A stretch of 64,000 bases of DNA from a bacterium (lineage in GTDB: Bacteria; UBA10199; 2-02-FULL-50-16; JAJFLM01). The stretch's first letter is position 1, and every line of letters begins with the position of its first letter. The notes beneath the pieces are model-generated. The model was not told the DNA's origin. It saw nothing but the letters and a program-made list of their open reading frames with translations, and made no database searches. Position numbers and translations under genes: made by a program. The stretch is from assembly GCA_965216315.1 (NCBI GenBank), contig CBDCFN010000016.1, positions 1,120,001-1,184,000 of the forward strand, in the 5' to 3' direction. Below are positions 25,121 through 34,803 of this stretch, piece by piece.

Positions 25121-26617
25121 ATGAAGACATCACCCTTGATTGAAGAGCGGCTTAAGAAACTCGAGGAACTCAAGGCCGCGGATATACCGGCCTATCCAAA
25201 CGATATCCAGGTGTCGGACCGCATCGCCGAGGTGTCGGAGCGTTTTGGGGGGCAGTCCCGTGAGGAGTTGGAGAAAGTAACCGCGACGGTTCAACTGGCG
25301 GGGCGCATGATGTCGGTGCGTCTCTTTGGCAAGGCCGGTTTTGCTCACCTCAAGGACAGCAGCGGTAAGATCCAAATTTTCATTGAAAAAAAGGGACTTA
25401 GCGAGGAAGAGTTCAAGCTTTTCAAGAAGGCCGATATCGGGGATTTTTTGTGGGTCGAAGGGGCCCCGATGCGCACCAAAACGGGGGAGCTCTCCATCCA
25501 TGCCCAAAAATTGCGCTTGGTGACCAAGTCACTCCACCCTTTGCCGGAGAAATGGCACGGCCTGCAGGACAAGGAGATTCGCTATCGCAAGCGCTATGTG
25601 GATCTCATCGTCAATGATGAGGTGCAGCAGGTTTTTCGGAGGCGCTCGGCTATTGTCAGTCAAATTCGCCAATTCTTCATCGAGCGGGAATTTTTAGAGG
25701 TGGAGACGCCGATGATGCATTCTTTGGCCGGCGGCGCGGCGGCACGCCCCTTTGAAACCCACCATAATGCACTTGATTTGGAGCTGTACTTGCGTATCGC
25801 CCCTGAACTTTATCTTAAGCGCCTCATTGTGGGTGGCTTTGATCGCGTCTTTGAATTGAATCGTAATTTTCGTAACGAAGGGATTTCGACCCAACATAAT
25901 CCTGAATTTACGATGCTGGAATTTTATCAGGCTTATGCGCGCCACGAAGATCTCATGGCATTAACCGAAGAGTTGCTTAGTGAGCTGGCACAGGAGATCT
26001 GTGGGGGAACCGATGTCATGTATGCCGGGGAGAAACTTTCGTTTAAGGCGCCTTTCGCGCGGCATAATTTTGAGGAGTCCTTAGTCGAGATTGGCGGGTT
26101 GCCGCCTGAAGTCATCAAGGATGCCGCTGTAGCTGAGAAGATTGCCGAAGAGAATGGCATTAATCCCAAGTCCGGTGGAACGCTGGCTTCATTGCACATG
26201 GCCTTGCTCGAAAAGTTTGTGGAGCCGAAACTGATTCAGCCGACCTACATTACCAAGTTTCCGGCGGATGTTTCACCGCTGGCGCGGCGTGATGATAGTG
26301 ACCCCCAGTATACGGAGCGTTTTGAATTGTATATAGCGGGTCGGGAAATCGCGAACGGCTTTTCAGAGCTTAATGATCCGATTGATCAAGAAGAGCGCTT
26401 TAAAAACCAGCTTAAGGCCAAGCAGCGCGGTGATGACGAAGCCATGCCTTATGATGCTGATTTTGTGGAAGCCTTGATGTATGGCATGCCGCCGACGGCT
26501 GGTGAAGGAATCGGTATTGATCGGTTGGTGATGTTATTGACGGATCAGCCCTCCATTAGGGATGTAATCTGTTTTCCGCTGCTTCGACCTGAGGTCTCTG
26601 ATACTAAGGGTGCCTAA
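25121..26617 (+). CDS. lysS: Lysine--tRNA ligase (class II)
   Basis: LPEKWHGL, YLRIAPELYLKRL, FRNEG, HNPEFTMLEFY, YGMPPTAGEGIGIDRL. Confidence 0.98.
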   Translation: MKTSPLIEERLKKLEELKAADIPAYPNDIQVSDRIAEVSERFGGQSREELEKVTATVQLAGRMMSVRLFGKAGFAHLKDSSGKIQIFIEKKGLSEEEFKLFKKADIGDFLWVEGAPMRTKTGELSIHAQKLRLVTKSLHPLPEKWHGLQDKEIRYRKRYVDLIVNDEVQQVFRRRSAIVSQIRQFFIEREFLEVETPMMHSLAGGAAARPFETHHNALDLELYLRIAPELYLKRLIVGGFDRVFELNRNFRNEGISTQHNPEFTMLEFYQAYARHEDLMALTEELLSELAQEICGGTDVMYAGEKLSFKAPFARHNFEESLVEIGGLPPEVIKDAAVAEKIAEENGINPKSGGTLASLHMALLEKFVEPKLIQPTYITKFPADVSPLARRDDSDPQYTERFELYIAGREIANGFSELNDPIDQEERFKNQLKAKQRGDDEAMPYDADFVEALMYGMPPTAGEGIGIDRLVMLLTDQPSIRDVICFPLLRPEVSDTKGA

Positions 26618-26621
26618 GCAC

Positions 26622-27866
26622 ATGAGACTCGAAGCTTTTATTGCTAATCGTTACTTGTCGACCACGCGCAATTCTTTCTCCGTTTCTTTGCTCAAATGGA
26701 TAGGCATGCTTGGTGTTGCTTTAGGTGTCTGTAGTCTTATCGTTGTCATTTCCGTCATGCGTGGTTTTGAGCGCGATTTTGAGAAAAAGATACTGGGCTT
26801 TCAGGCGCCACTCGTCTTGGAAGTTTCTTCAGCGCAGGTCAATCAACTTCCTTCAATCGAGAACCTCAAGAAATTGCATCCCAGCATTTTACGGGGAGAG
26901 CGGCGTATTGAGGGCGAACTCGTGATTGAAAGCTCGTTTGGGTCGGCTTCAGGGGCACGCATTCGCGGGATAGATCGGCCTATCGGGGAGATCCATGGCA
27001 TTGGCGAACTCACAATGAGCGATGATGAGACGGACCCGCTCGAAACAAAAGCGACGCTCAAGGGGGAGGCATTGCCAGGTATTGTCTTGGGGAAAGAACT
27101 CGCAGCCCATATCCAAGTTCATCCGGACTTTAAAGATGAGGTGAAACTCGTATTCCCGTTCGGCGAGCTGTCGCCGACCGGCGAAATTATGCCGCGGGTT
27201 CGCCGTTTTCGCGTCGCGGGTCTGTTTGATTCGGGTTTTTATGATTATGACAGTAAATTTGCTGTCGTGACGGATGCGATGTCCGAGCGTTTGTTTGGAG
27301 AATACGGCCGTGCCAGTCTTGCGATCTATCTGAAAGATCCAGCGGCGGCCGATCGAATCAAAGCACAACTGGAAAAGGCCTATGAAGGCCATGTGTGGCA
27401 AGCGCATACGTGGCGTGAGCGCAATCAGCGGCTCTTTCAAGCGCTATTTTTAGAGCGTCTCGGTATGTTTATATTGTTGCTGATGATTGTATTGATCGCT
27501 ACCTTTAACATCTTTGCGCTCTTGTCGATGATCGTTCTGGAGAAGGTGAAAGATATGGCGGTTCTGCGCACGGTTGGACTGCATCTACGGCAAGTCAGAC
27601 GCATTTTTTTGTTGCAAGTATGGAAGATTGGGTTGCGCGGAACCGCCATTGGGGGGAGCATTGCTATCATTATTTGTTTGTGGCTGCACTTTTTTCCTTA
27701 TGAATTACCCCATAGTTACTACATCAGGTATTTACCGGTCACTTTCGAGCCCCTTTATATATTTGCGTTAATAATGGTCGGCCCGTTGATCAGCGTCTTA
27801 GCGGGTTGGTATCCGGCACGGCAGGCGTGCGCACCTGTTATTGCGGAAGTTTTGAGGTATGAATAG
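26622..27866 (+). CDS. LolC/E-family lipoprotein-releasing ABC permease
   Basis: GVALGV..LIVVISVMRGF, MacB/FtsX-type architecture, adjacent to lolD. Confidence 0.85.
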   Translation: MRLEAFIANRYLSTTRNSFSVSLLKWIGMLGVALGVCSLIVVISVMRGFERDFEKKILGFQAPLVLEVSSAQVNQLPSIENLKKLHPSILRGERRIEGELVIESSFGSASGARIRGIDRPIGEIHGIGELTMSDDETDPLETKATLKGEALPGIVLGKELAAHIQVHPDFKDEVKLVFPFGELSPTGEIMPRVRRFRVAGLFDSGFYDYDSKFAVVTDAMSERLFGEYGRASLAIYLKDPAAADRIKAQLEKAYEGHVWQAHTWRERNQRLFQALFLERLGMFILLLMIVLIATFNIFALLSMIVLEKVKDMAVLRTVGLHLRQVRRIFLLQVWKIGLRGTAIGGSIAIIICLWLHFFPYELPHSYYIRYLPVTFEPLYIFALIMVGPLISVLAGWYPARQACAPVIAEVLRYE

Positions 27867-27871
27867 CCATT

Positions 27872-29059
27872 ATGCGTTTTGAGTTGCTTACAGGATGGCG
27901 TCACATCAAGTCACGGCGTTCCAAGATGTTGACCATGGTTTCAGGAATTACGGTCTTGGGGGTTGCCTTTGGCGTGATGGCTCTTTTGGTCACGTTGGCG
28001 GTGATCAACGGTTTTAAAGCGGAATACGAGAAATCGATATTGGCGTTTAATGCGCACTTGATAGTCATGGGGGGGCAGGGTCCTGAGTCGATTCAGCAAG
28101 TCCAGCAGGCAATCCAAGGAGTCTCCCAGCCGGATGAGGTAAAAGGGGTCAGTCCATTTATGTATCGTGAGGGTCTTGCCGTCAAAGGAATGGAAGTGCG
28201 TGGTATTGCCATCAAGGCCGTTGATCTCGAGTCTTACTGGGAGTTATCGGGTTTGGAACACAAGGATCAGACCGGCGATGCGGGACTTTGGATTGGTCAG
28301 GCGCTGGAGAAGCAGCTGGGCGTCGTGGGTGGGATTTTAAGACTACGAGTCCCGGAAGATGAGGAAGATGTCGAAGCGTCTCGTTTTATTGAGCTGCCGG
28401 TTAGCGGAACTTTTGCAACCGGTATCTACGATTATGATGTGAGTTATGCCCTCATCGATATGACTGAGGCACGAAGTCGTTTTAAATTGCCCGAAAATGC
28501 CGACGGAGTCGAAATCTGGTTGCGCGATGCGAATCAGGCACGGTCTTTTCAGCAGCGCTTAGCGGAACAGCTTGCTTTTCCCTATACCGTCATGACTTGG
28601 GAGGACCTTAATGCCAATCTTTTTGGGGCCTTGCAGCTGGAGCGCTTCGTCTTTGCCATTATCATGGGAATCCTGATACTGGTAGCGAGTTTTAATATCA
28701 CCGGGACGCTGACGATGCGTATCTTGGAGCGCAGGGGTGATATTGCCATTCTCAGGGCCATGGGGGCCCGTTGGAAGCAACTCCGCCGGCTTTTCTTTTG
28801 CCAAGGTCTCGTCTTGGGTTGGACAGGCTGTTTGCTGGGCGTTGGGATGGGATTGGGTCTGTTGGAAGCGTTGGTTCGCTTTAAACCCTTGCGCTTGACG
28901 GCGGAGATATATTTCATTGATTTTGTGCCGGCGCGCTGGAGTCCGTTGCATATCGGGGTCGCATTGCTGGTGACGACGGTGTTTTCATGGCTGGCGACGC
29001 GGATCGCGTTGGTTCGGCTGAAGAAATTTCCAGTCGTTCAGGCCCTCAATGAGATTTAG
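27872..29059 (+). CDS. Second LolC/E-family lipoprotein-releasing ABC permease
   Basis: LGVAFGVMALLVTLAVINGF, VASFNI, IAILRAMGA. Confidence 0.87.
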   Translation: MRFELLTGWRHIKSRRSKMLTMVSGITVLGVAFGVMALLVTLAVINGFKAEYEKSILAFNAHLIVMGGQGPESIQQVQQAIQGVSQPDEVKGVSPFMYREGLAVKGMEVRGIAIKAVDLESYWELSGLEHKDQTGDAGLWIGQALEKQLGVVGGILRLRVPEDEEDVEASRFIELPVSGTFATGIYDYDVSYALIDMTEARSRFKLPENADGVEIWLRDANQARSFQQRLAEQLAFPYTVMTWEDLNANLFGALQLERFVFAIIMGILILVASFNITGTLTMRILERRGDIAILRAMGARWKQLRRLFFCQGLVLGWTGCLLGVGMGLGLLEALVRFKPLRLTAEIYFIDFVPARWSPLHIGVALLVTTVFSWLATRIALVRLKKFPVVQALNEI

Positions 29060-29085
29060 GTGACTGATTTAGAAGGAATTTTTGG

Positions 29086-29757
29086 ATGGTAGCGTTATTA
29101 GAAGCACGTTTATTAGGCAAGTCCTATGCAGAGGGCGGAACTGAGTCCCCCGTGCTCTCGGATGTGAATTTGAGTGTGGACAGAGGCGAAATTTTGAGTA
29201 TTACAGGGGCCTCCGGGGCCGGGAAAAGTACGCTTTTACATCTTTTGGGCACGATCGAGGTTCCCACGAGCGGCCAAGTTTTCTTTGAGGGCGATGACGT
29301 ACTCAGTTATTCAGAGCGAGATTTAGCCGAATTTCGGAATAAGAAGCTTGGCTTTATCTTTCAATTCCATCATTTATTGGCGGAATTTAATGCCTTAGAA
29401 AATGTATCGATGCCGCTGATGTTGAGGGGGATGCCGGGGAGCGCTATTCGAGAGCAAGCGGTCAGCGCGCTTAAAGATGTCGGGATGGAGCATAAGCTCA
29501 GCTCTTTGCCGGGAGAGTTGTCAGGTGGTGAACAGCAGAGAGTTGCTGTTGCCAGGGCTATTGTGACGGCGCCGATTCTGTTGCTGGCCGATGAGCCAAC
29601 CGGTAATTTAGATCGTCAGACAGGGACCCAATTAATGGAGCTACTCTTTGACTTGAATCAGGCAAGAGATTTGACGCTGATATATGTGACACATAATGAT
29701 GAGTTAGCGGCTCGTGCAGGTCGCACACTTCACATGCAGGATGGAAAGTTGCAATGA
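29086..29757 (+). CDS. lolD: Lipoprotein-releasing ABC ATPase LolD
   Basis: GASGAGKS, GFIFQFHHLL, LSGGEQQRVAVARA, ADEPTGNLD. Confidence 0.92.
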   Translation: MVALLEARLLGKSYAEGGTESPVLSDVNLSVDRGEILSITGASGAGKSTLLHLLGTIEVPTSGQVFFEGDDVLSYSERDLAEFRNKKLGFIFQFHHLLAEFNALENVSMPLMLRGMPGSAIREQAVSALKDVGMEHKLSSLPGELSGGEQQRVAVARAIVTAPILLLADEPTGNLDRQTGTQLMELLFDLNQARDLTLIYVTHNDELAARAGRTLHMQDGKLQ

Positions 29758-32030
29758 GAGCGAAAATTTGCGGTATCGTTACAGGTTTCATTTTGATGCT
29801 GATGGCTTCGAGCCAACTTTATGCAGCACCTCGCATCTCGGCCGTTGAAATTCGCGGCAATGAAGAAGTTTCTGAAGAGACTATTCGTGCGGTTATTCTG
29901 TCACGCAAGGGAATGCCTTATTCTCTGGATCGCATTCAAAAGGATATTCGTGCACTCCACGACTTGGGCCGGTTTCGCGATATTCAGGTTAAGAAAGAAG
30001 GTCAACGCGGCGGCGTATCTCTCATCTATCTCGTTGAAGAAAAGCCTCGCATCGAATCAATCGAGATTGAAGGTAATAAGAAGCTCGACGATGATGACCT
30101 GCTTGAGTTGATTACGGTTAAGCCATTTGGCGGGGCGGATCCTTCCGAAATAAATCATTCGATTCAAATGATGAAGGAGAAATATGCGTCCAAGGGCTAT
30201 CACCTCGTTTCCATTGAGCACACTTTTAAGTCGATCCCCAAGAGCGCGAACAAAAAACTGGTATTTATCGTCCAGGAAAATGAGGGGGTACGAGTCAAGC
30301 GGGTCAATTTTTCAGGAAATAAGGCCTTTAGCGATAAGAAGCTGCGCAAGGTCATCCAGACGAGGCGGAAAACACTGCTTTCGTGGATGACCGGAAAAGG
30401 CAAGTACAATAAAGAAATTTTGGAACGCGACGTCGCATTCTTAACCTTCCACTACCTTAATAACGGCTATCTGCGCATCAAAGTCGATGAACCTGAAGTG
30501 TATTTGTCTCGAGATAAAAAATGGCTCTATATCAATTTTACAGTGGAAGAAGGCGAGCAGTATCGCTTGGGTAAAGTTGGTGTCGCCGGGGACATTCTAA
30601 CGACAAGTGAGGAGTTGAGCTCGGAACTTGAAACGAAGTCAGGGGATATTTACTCGCGAAAAATTATCGAACAGGATGTCATTAAGTTGACTGAAAAATA
30701 CGGGAATGAGGCGTACGCGTTTGCAAATATAAATCCTGCGACGATCCCGAATGATGCAGATCTGACAGCCGATGTGACTTTTCAAATTAGTAAGGGCCGT
30801 AAGATTAAGATCGAGCGCATTAATATTGAAGGGAATACGGTGTCGCGTGATAAGGTTATTCGGCGCGAACTAGAGATCGTAGAAAACGGTTATTATCATG
30901 AAAGTCGAATAAGAAAGTCACGCGAACGCTTGATGGCGCTTGGCTTCTTTGAGGATGTAAATTTTTCGACTCCGCGCGGCACGCGTGATGACACAATCGT
31001 TCTGAATATCAAAGTTAAAGAGAAGCAAACCGGTAGCTTTTCAATCGGTGCAGGTTTTTCATCTGTAGAAAGCTTTATTATTACAGCGTCTATTTCCAAA
31101 GAAAATTTTCTGGGCTACGGAATCAGTGGGCGGTTTTCTTTGGAGCTTTCGACTAAGCGACAATTGTTTTTACTGTCGTTTCAAGACCCCTACTTTTTGG
31201 ATACCGATTGGATTTTTTCTGCATCAGGATATCGAACGGTCAATGCATTTGAGGACTTTGATCGTCGTTCTTTCGGCGGAAGCGTGACTTTAGGCCGTCG
31301 AATTTTTGATCATTCCCGTATCCTGATGGGGTATGAAATCGAGGATGTACAGGCGGATGATTTCAGAACAACCATCCCTGCGGTTTTTCAAAATAACTTA
31401 TCCGGGTTAACATCCAGTGTGGCCCTGACGTTGAGTCGCGATACGCGTAACAATCGGCTCTATCCGAGTAAAGGCTCCTATTTGAGTGTCAGTAATGAGT
31501 TTGCGGGTGTTGGCGGGGATAATGAGTACTTCCGTGTGATAGGAAATGCACGTTACTATAAACCCTTAATTTGGAAGCTGATATTCAAGCAAAATATTAC
31601 GATGGGATATATTAAGAGCCTCGATGATAATCCCGTACCTTTGTTTGAACGATTTTTCACGGGTGGTATCAATTCTCTGCGCGGTTACCAGCTTCGTTCG
31701 GTCGGGCCTCGAGTTCGAGTCCTTGCCGATCCCAGCAGCGGTGATGACGAGTTTATTATCGGTGGTAACAAAATGCTTCTTTTTAATACGGAGTTTGAAG
31801 TGCCGCTTTATGATCCTGCCGGGCTCAAACTAGTCGCCTTTTATGACATGGGAAATACCTATGCCGAGGACCAGAATTTTAATCTGCTCAAGATGCAGCA
31901 CAACTATGGCTTCGGGATGCGATGGAACTCACCGTTTGGTCCCATGCGTTTTGAATGGGGATTTCCCATTAATAGGCGCCCCGGCGATGATCGTGTCGTC
32001 TTTAATTTTACAATTGGCAGTTTCTTCTAA
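29754..32030 (+). CDS. bamA: Outer membrane protein assembly factor BamA
   Basis: Signal peptide, POTRA repeats, KVIRRE, LRGY loop motif, C-terminal FNFTIGSFF. Confidence 0.95.
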   Translation: MRAKICGIVTGFILMLMASSQLYAAPRISAVEIRGNEEVSEETIRAVILSRKGMPYSLDRIQKDIRALHDLGRFRDIQVKKEGQRGGVSLIYLVEEKPRIESIEIEGNKKLDDDDLLELITVKPFGGADPSEINHSIQMMKEKYASKGYHLVSIEHTFKSIPKSANKKLVFIVQENEGVRVKRVNFSGNKAFSDKKLRKVIQTRRKTLLSWMTGKGKYNKEILERDVAFLTFHYLNNGYLRIKVDEPEVYLSRDKKWLYINFTVEEGEQYRLGKVGVAGDILTTSEELSSELETKSGDIYSRKIIEQDVIKLTEKYGNEAYAFANINPATIPNDADLTADVTFQISKGRKIKIERINIEGNTVSRDKVIRRELEIVENGYYHESRIRKSRERLMALGFFEDVNFSTPRGTRDDTIVLNIKVKEKQTGSFSIGAGFSSVESFIITASISKENFLGYGISGRFSLELSTKRQLFLLSFQDPYFLDTDWIFSASGYRTVNAFEDFDRRSFGGSVTLGRRIFDHSRILMGYEIEDVQADDFRTTIPAVFQNNLSGLTSSVALTLSRDTRNNRLYPSKGSYLSVSNEFAGVGGDNEYFRVIGNARYYKPLIWKLIFKQNITMGYIKSLDDNPVPLFERFFTGGINSLRGYQLRSVGPRVRVLADPSSGDDEFIIGGNKMLLFNTEFEVPLYDPAGLKLVAFYDMGNTYAEDQNFNLLKMQHNYGFGMRWNSPFGPMRFEWGFPINRRPGDDRVVFNFTIGSFF

Positions 32031-32100
32031 CCAATTAATATTATTGAGAGTTTAGCCTTTATTGAGTTGGGCGGGGCGGGCGTCCGCGAGTTCTTTTGCC

Positions 32101-32129
32101 TTGCCAGAGCGGGGGGGCTTCCCTATAGT
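32101..32129 (+). promoter_or_regulatory. Putative sigma70 promoter of skp
   Basis: TTGCCA-N17-TATAGT. Confidence 0.5.
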
Positions 32130-32157
32130 ACCGAACCCAATCAGGAGGAATCTCAAA

Positions 32158-32679
32158 ATGAAACGTTTTTTAGCAATTTGTGGATTATTCGCAGCGCTCT
32201 CCTTATCAGGAACGGCCATTGCCGATGCAGCCATTAAGATCGGTGTCGTTGATTTCCAGAAGGCGTTAAACTCAGTCAATGAGGGAAAAAATGCCAAGAA
32301 AAATTTGGAAACAGAGTTTAAGCGGAAACAAAAGCAGCTTGATATTCAACAGAAAGAACTAGAAGGGCTCAAGAATGAGCTTCAAGCTCAAGCCGCTGTT
32401 TTGTCTCAAGACAAATTACAGATGAAGCAGGGTGAATTTCAAAAGAAGTTCATCACGCTCAGGCAAAAAGCCGGTGAGTATCAGCAAGAGATGATGAAAA
32501 AAGAAGCTGAGCTGAGTAACCGCATTTTAGGCAAGCTCAAGACAATCGTCGCTGAGATTGGCAGCAAGGAGAGCTTTACTCTCATTGTTGAGCGGTCAAA
32601 TGATCCTGTTCTCTATGTGGATAGCAGCAAAGAAGATCTTACGGACCGCGTCATTAAGGCATATAACAAAAAGTTTTAA
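32158..32679 (+). CDS. skp: Periplasmic chaperone Skp/OmpH
   Basis: AGGAGG then ATG 32158; signal peptide, KIGVVDFQK, coiled coil, DLTDRVIK; follows bamA. Confidence 0.92.
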   Translation: MKRFLAICGLFAALSLSGTAIADAAIKIGVVDFQKALNSVNEGKNAKKNLETEFKRKQKQLDIQQKELEGLKNELQAQAAVLSQDKLQMKQGEFQKKFITLRQKAGEYQQEMMKKEAELSNRILGKLKTIVAEIGSKESFTLIVERSNDPVLYVDSSKEDLTDRVIKAYNKKF

Positions 32680-33344
32680 TGGCCGTTCCTAAAGAACTGC
32701 TTTCAATTTTAGTTTGCCCCAAGTGTATGGGGCAGTTGCGGGGCTCTCCGAACGGGGAGTCGCTACTTTGCAACCGTTGTCAGGTTCATTATCCAGTGAG
32801 GGATGATGTGCCTATACTTATTCCGGAAGAAGCGATTGAGGCAAGGCAGGTTGCCGCCGAGGAAGAGCTGGGGCAAATGAAGACCCTTAAGACGGTTACG
32901 ATTGTACTGGTCGAAGGCAAGAATAAGGGGATGGAGCTTAAGCTGCCCCAGGGTTGTTGTCGTGCAGTTGGTCGCTCCGTTGATGATTTAGAGAGCACGC
33001 GTGTTTTCGATACGAGCGGTGTCGTCGGTTTGGATGACAGTACAAAACAGCTCGTTCTCAACTATGTAACTCAACAATTCCAAGCCGGTTCAGCCCCTGG
33101 GCAGACGAGTGCTGACGATATTGGCTCTTTCAGGAGATTGCCGGATCTTGCTCTGTCTGACAGTGCGACTTCACGATTACATGCGATGCTTTTTCATGGC
33201 CCTAATGGTGTTGGCGTGCTGGACTTGGTAAGCAAGAACGGCACGTTTGTTAATGGCGTCGAGGTCGAGTCTAAATTTCTCAAAGAAGGCGATGTTATTA
33301 CGATAGGTGGAAGTAAGTTGAAAATCGGTCAGGGTGAGAGTTGA
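32679..33344 (+). CDS. Trm112/YcaR-like zinc-finger domain fused to an FHA domain
   Basis: LLSILVCPKC...LLCNRC..YPVRDDVPILI; FHA motifs VGRS, SRLHA, DLVSKNGTFVNG, LKEGDVITIG. Confidence 0.8.
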   Translation: MAVPKELLSILVCPKCMGQLRGSPNGESLLCNRCQVHYPVRDDVPILIPEEAIEARQVAAEEELGQMKTLKTVTIVLVEGKNKGMELKLPQGCCRAVGRSVDDLESTRVFDTSGVVGLDDSTKQLVLNYVTQQFQAGSAPGQTSADDIGSFRRLPDLALSDSATSRLHAMLFHGPNGVGVLDLVSKNGTFVNGVEVESKFLKEGDVITIGGSKLKIGQGES

Positions 33345-34231
33345 GAAAGAAGAAGAACGATTCTCTTACGAGTATGACGGGCTTTGCTTCTGTCCGGGGC
33401 CGCATTGCCGAGCGCGAATTTGTTCTCGAAGCCAAATCCGTTAATCATCGTTTCTGTGAGGTTAATGTACGTCTTCCCGGTAAATATTCGGCTTGGGAAT
33501 TGCCTGCGCAAAAGAATGTACGTGAGTTTTTCGAAAGAGGTCGGATTGATATCTTTATCAAGGAAGAGGGCGGCGTTGGGCTCAGCAAGGTCGATCGATC
33601 TCAATTTCAATCTGCGCTGCGGGAACTAAAACGGTTAGCGCGTGAACTCCAATTGAGCGACACTATATCGCTCGAAACTCTACTCCAGTTTAAGCAAAAC
33701 TATTATCGAGATGACACGCACTTTGACGTCGGAGCCGAGTGGAAGCATCTTAAGCCTCTATTGGAGAAACTTTTGATTAAATTGGCGCGTATGCGGCGTC
33801 AAGAAGGTCAGCAATTGGCAAAATGGTTTAGGCAGCGTGTCCCTGTAATGCAAGATATAGTCAAAAAATTAAAGACCAGGGTTAAGGGTCAATCACAACA
33901 CCAAAAAAAGAAGCTGACACGAAAACTTAAAGAGCTTGGGTTTGAAGCTACGGGGATTGATAATAGGGTTGCGTCCGAAGTTGCATTACTTGCAGAGAAG
34001 CTTGATGTTACGGAAGAGATTGTTCGTTTGGACACCCATTTAAAAGCTTTTAGGCGCTTGTTGACTGAAGGTGGTGTGGCCGGGCGCAAAATTGATTTTC
34101 TCATGCAGGAAGTAGGACGTGAAGTGAATACGATTGCATCTAAATCGCAGGATTCCCAAATAGCCAATTTAGCCGTCCAATTTAAGACCGAGGTAGAAAA
34201 AATCCGCGAGCAAGCGGGCAATGTCGAATGA
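33341..34231 (+). CDS. yicC: YicC/YloC family endoribonuclease
   Basis: SMTGF, KSVNHRF, DVTEEIVRL, GRKIDFLMQE..RE.NT..SK, EKIREQ. Confidence 0.93.
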   Translation: MRKKKNDSLTSMTGFASVRGRIAEREFVLEAKSVNHRFCEVNVRLPGKYSAWELPAQKNVREFFERGRIDIFIKEEGGVGLSKVDRSQFQSALRELKRLARELQLSDTISLETLLQFKQNYYRDDTHFDVGAEWKHLKPLLEKLLIKLARMRRQEGQQLAKWFRQRVPVMQDIVKKLKTRVKGQSQHQKKKLTRKLKELGFEATGIDNRVASEVALLAEKLDVTEEIVRLDTHLKAFRRLLTEGGVAGRKIDFLMQEVGREVNTIASKSQDSQIANLAVQFKTEVEKIREQAGNVE

Positions 34232-34803
34232 AGCCCAGCGACAAAAAACTTCCACATTTCTTTGTGCTTTCAAGTCCCTCCGGTGGGGGCAAGACAACCT
34301 TGTTGCATTGCCTTATGCAGGATCGTCCGGACCTGAAGTTATCCGTTTCCTACACGACAAGGCGGCCGCGGCCCGGTGAAAAAGACGGGGTTGATTATCA
34401 CTATATTAGCCGGGATGAGTTTCGAGAAAAAATTGAGACCGGTGCTCTCTTGGAATGGGAGGAAGTTCATGGGTCGCTTTATGGGACTCCAAAGGCGGAG
34501 GCCGGCCAAAATATCGCTAATTTACTGTTTGATGTCGACACCAAGGGGGCATTGCAGTTGCGACAACTGCATCCCCATACAACACTTATTTTTATTCAGC
34601 CACCTTCGCTGGAAGTTCTTAAAGAGCGCCTGAAAGCGAGGGGGACGGAAGATGCCGCTGACCTAGAGCGGCGGCTTGACCGCTTTCGCCTTGAAATGGC
34701 CGAGAAAGATAAATTCGATTATGTTATAATTAATGATAATGTGGAGCGAGCGGTAAGCGAGCTAAAAAGAATCATCCTTGCGGAGGAAAGTGCCGGGGAA
34801 TGA
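34228..34803 (+). CDS. gmk: Guanylate kinase
   Basis: SPSGGGKTT, SVSYTTRRPRPGEKDGVDY, YGTP. Confidence 0.95.
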   Translation: MKPSDKKLPHFFVLSSPSGGGKTTLLHCLMQDRPDLKLSVSYTTRRPRPGEKDGVDYHYISRDEFREKIETGALLEWEEVHGSLYGTPKAEAGQNIANLLFDVDTKGALQLRQLHPHTTLIFIQPPSLEVLKERLKARGTEDAADLERRLDRFRLEMAEKDKFDYVIINDNVERAVSELKRIILAEESAGE

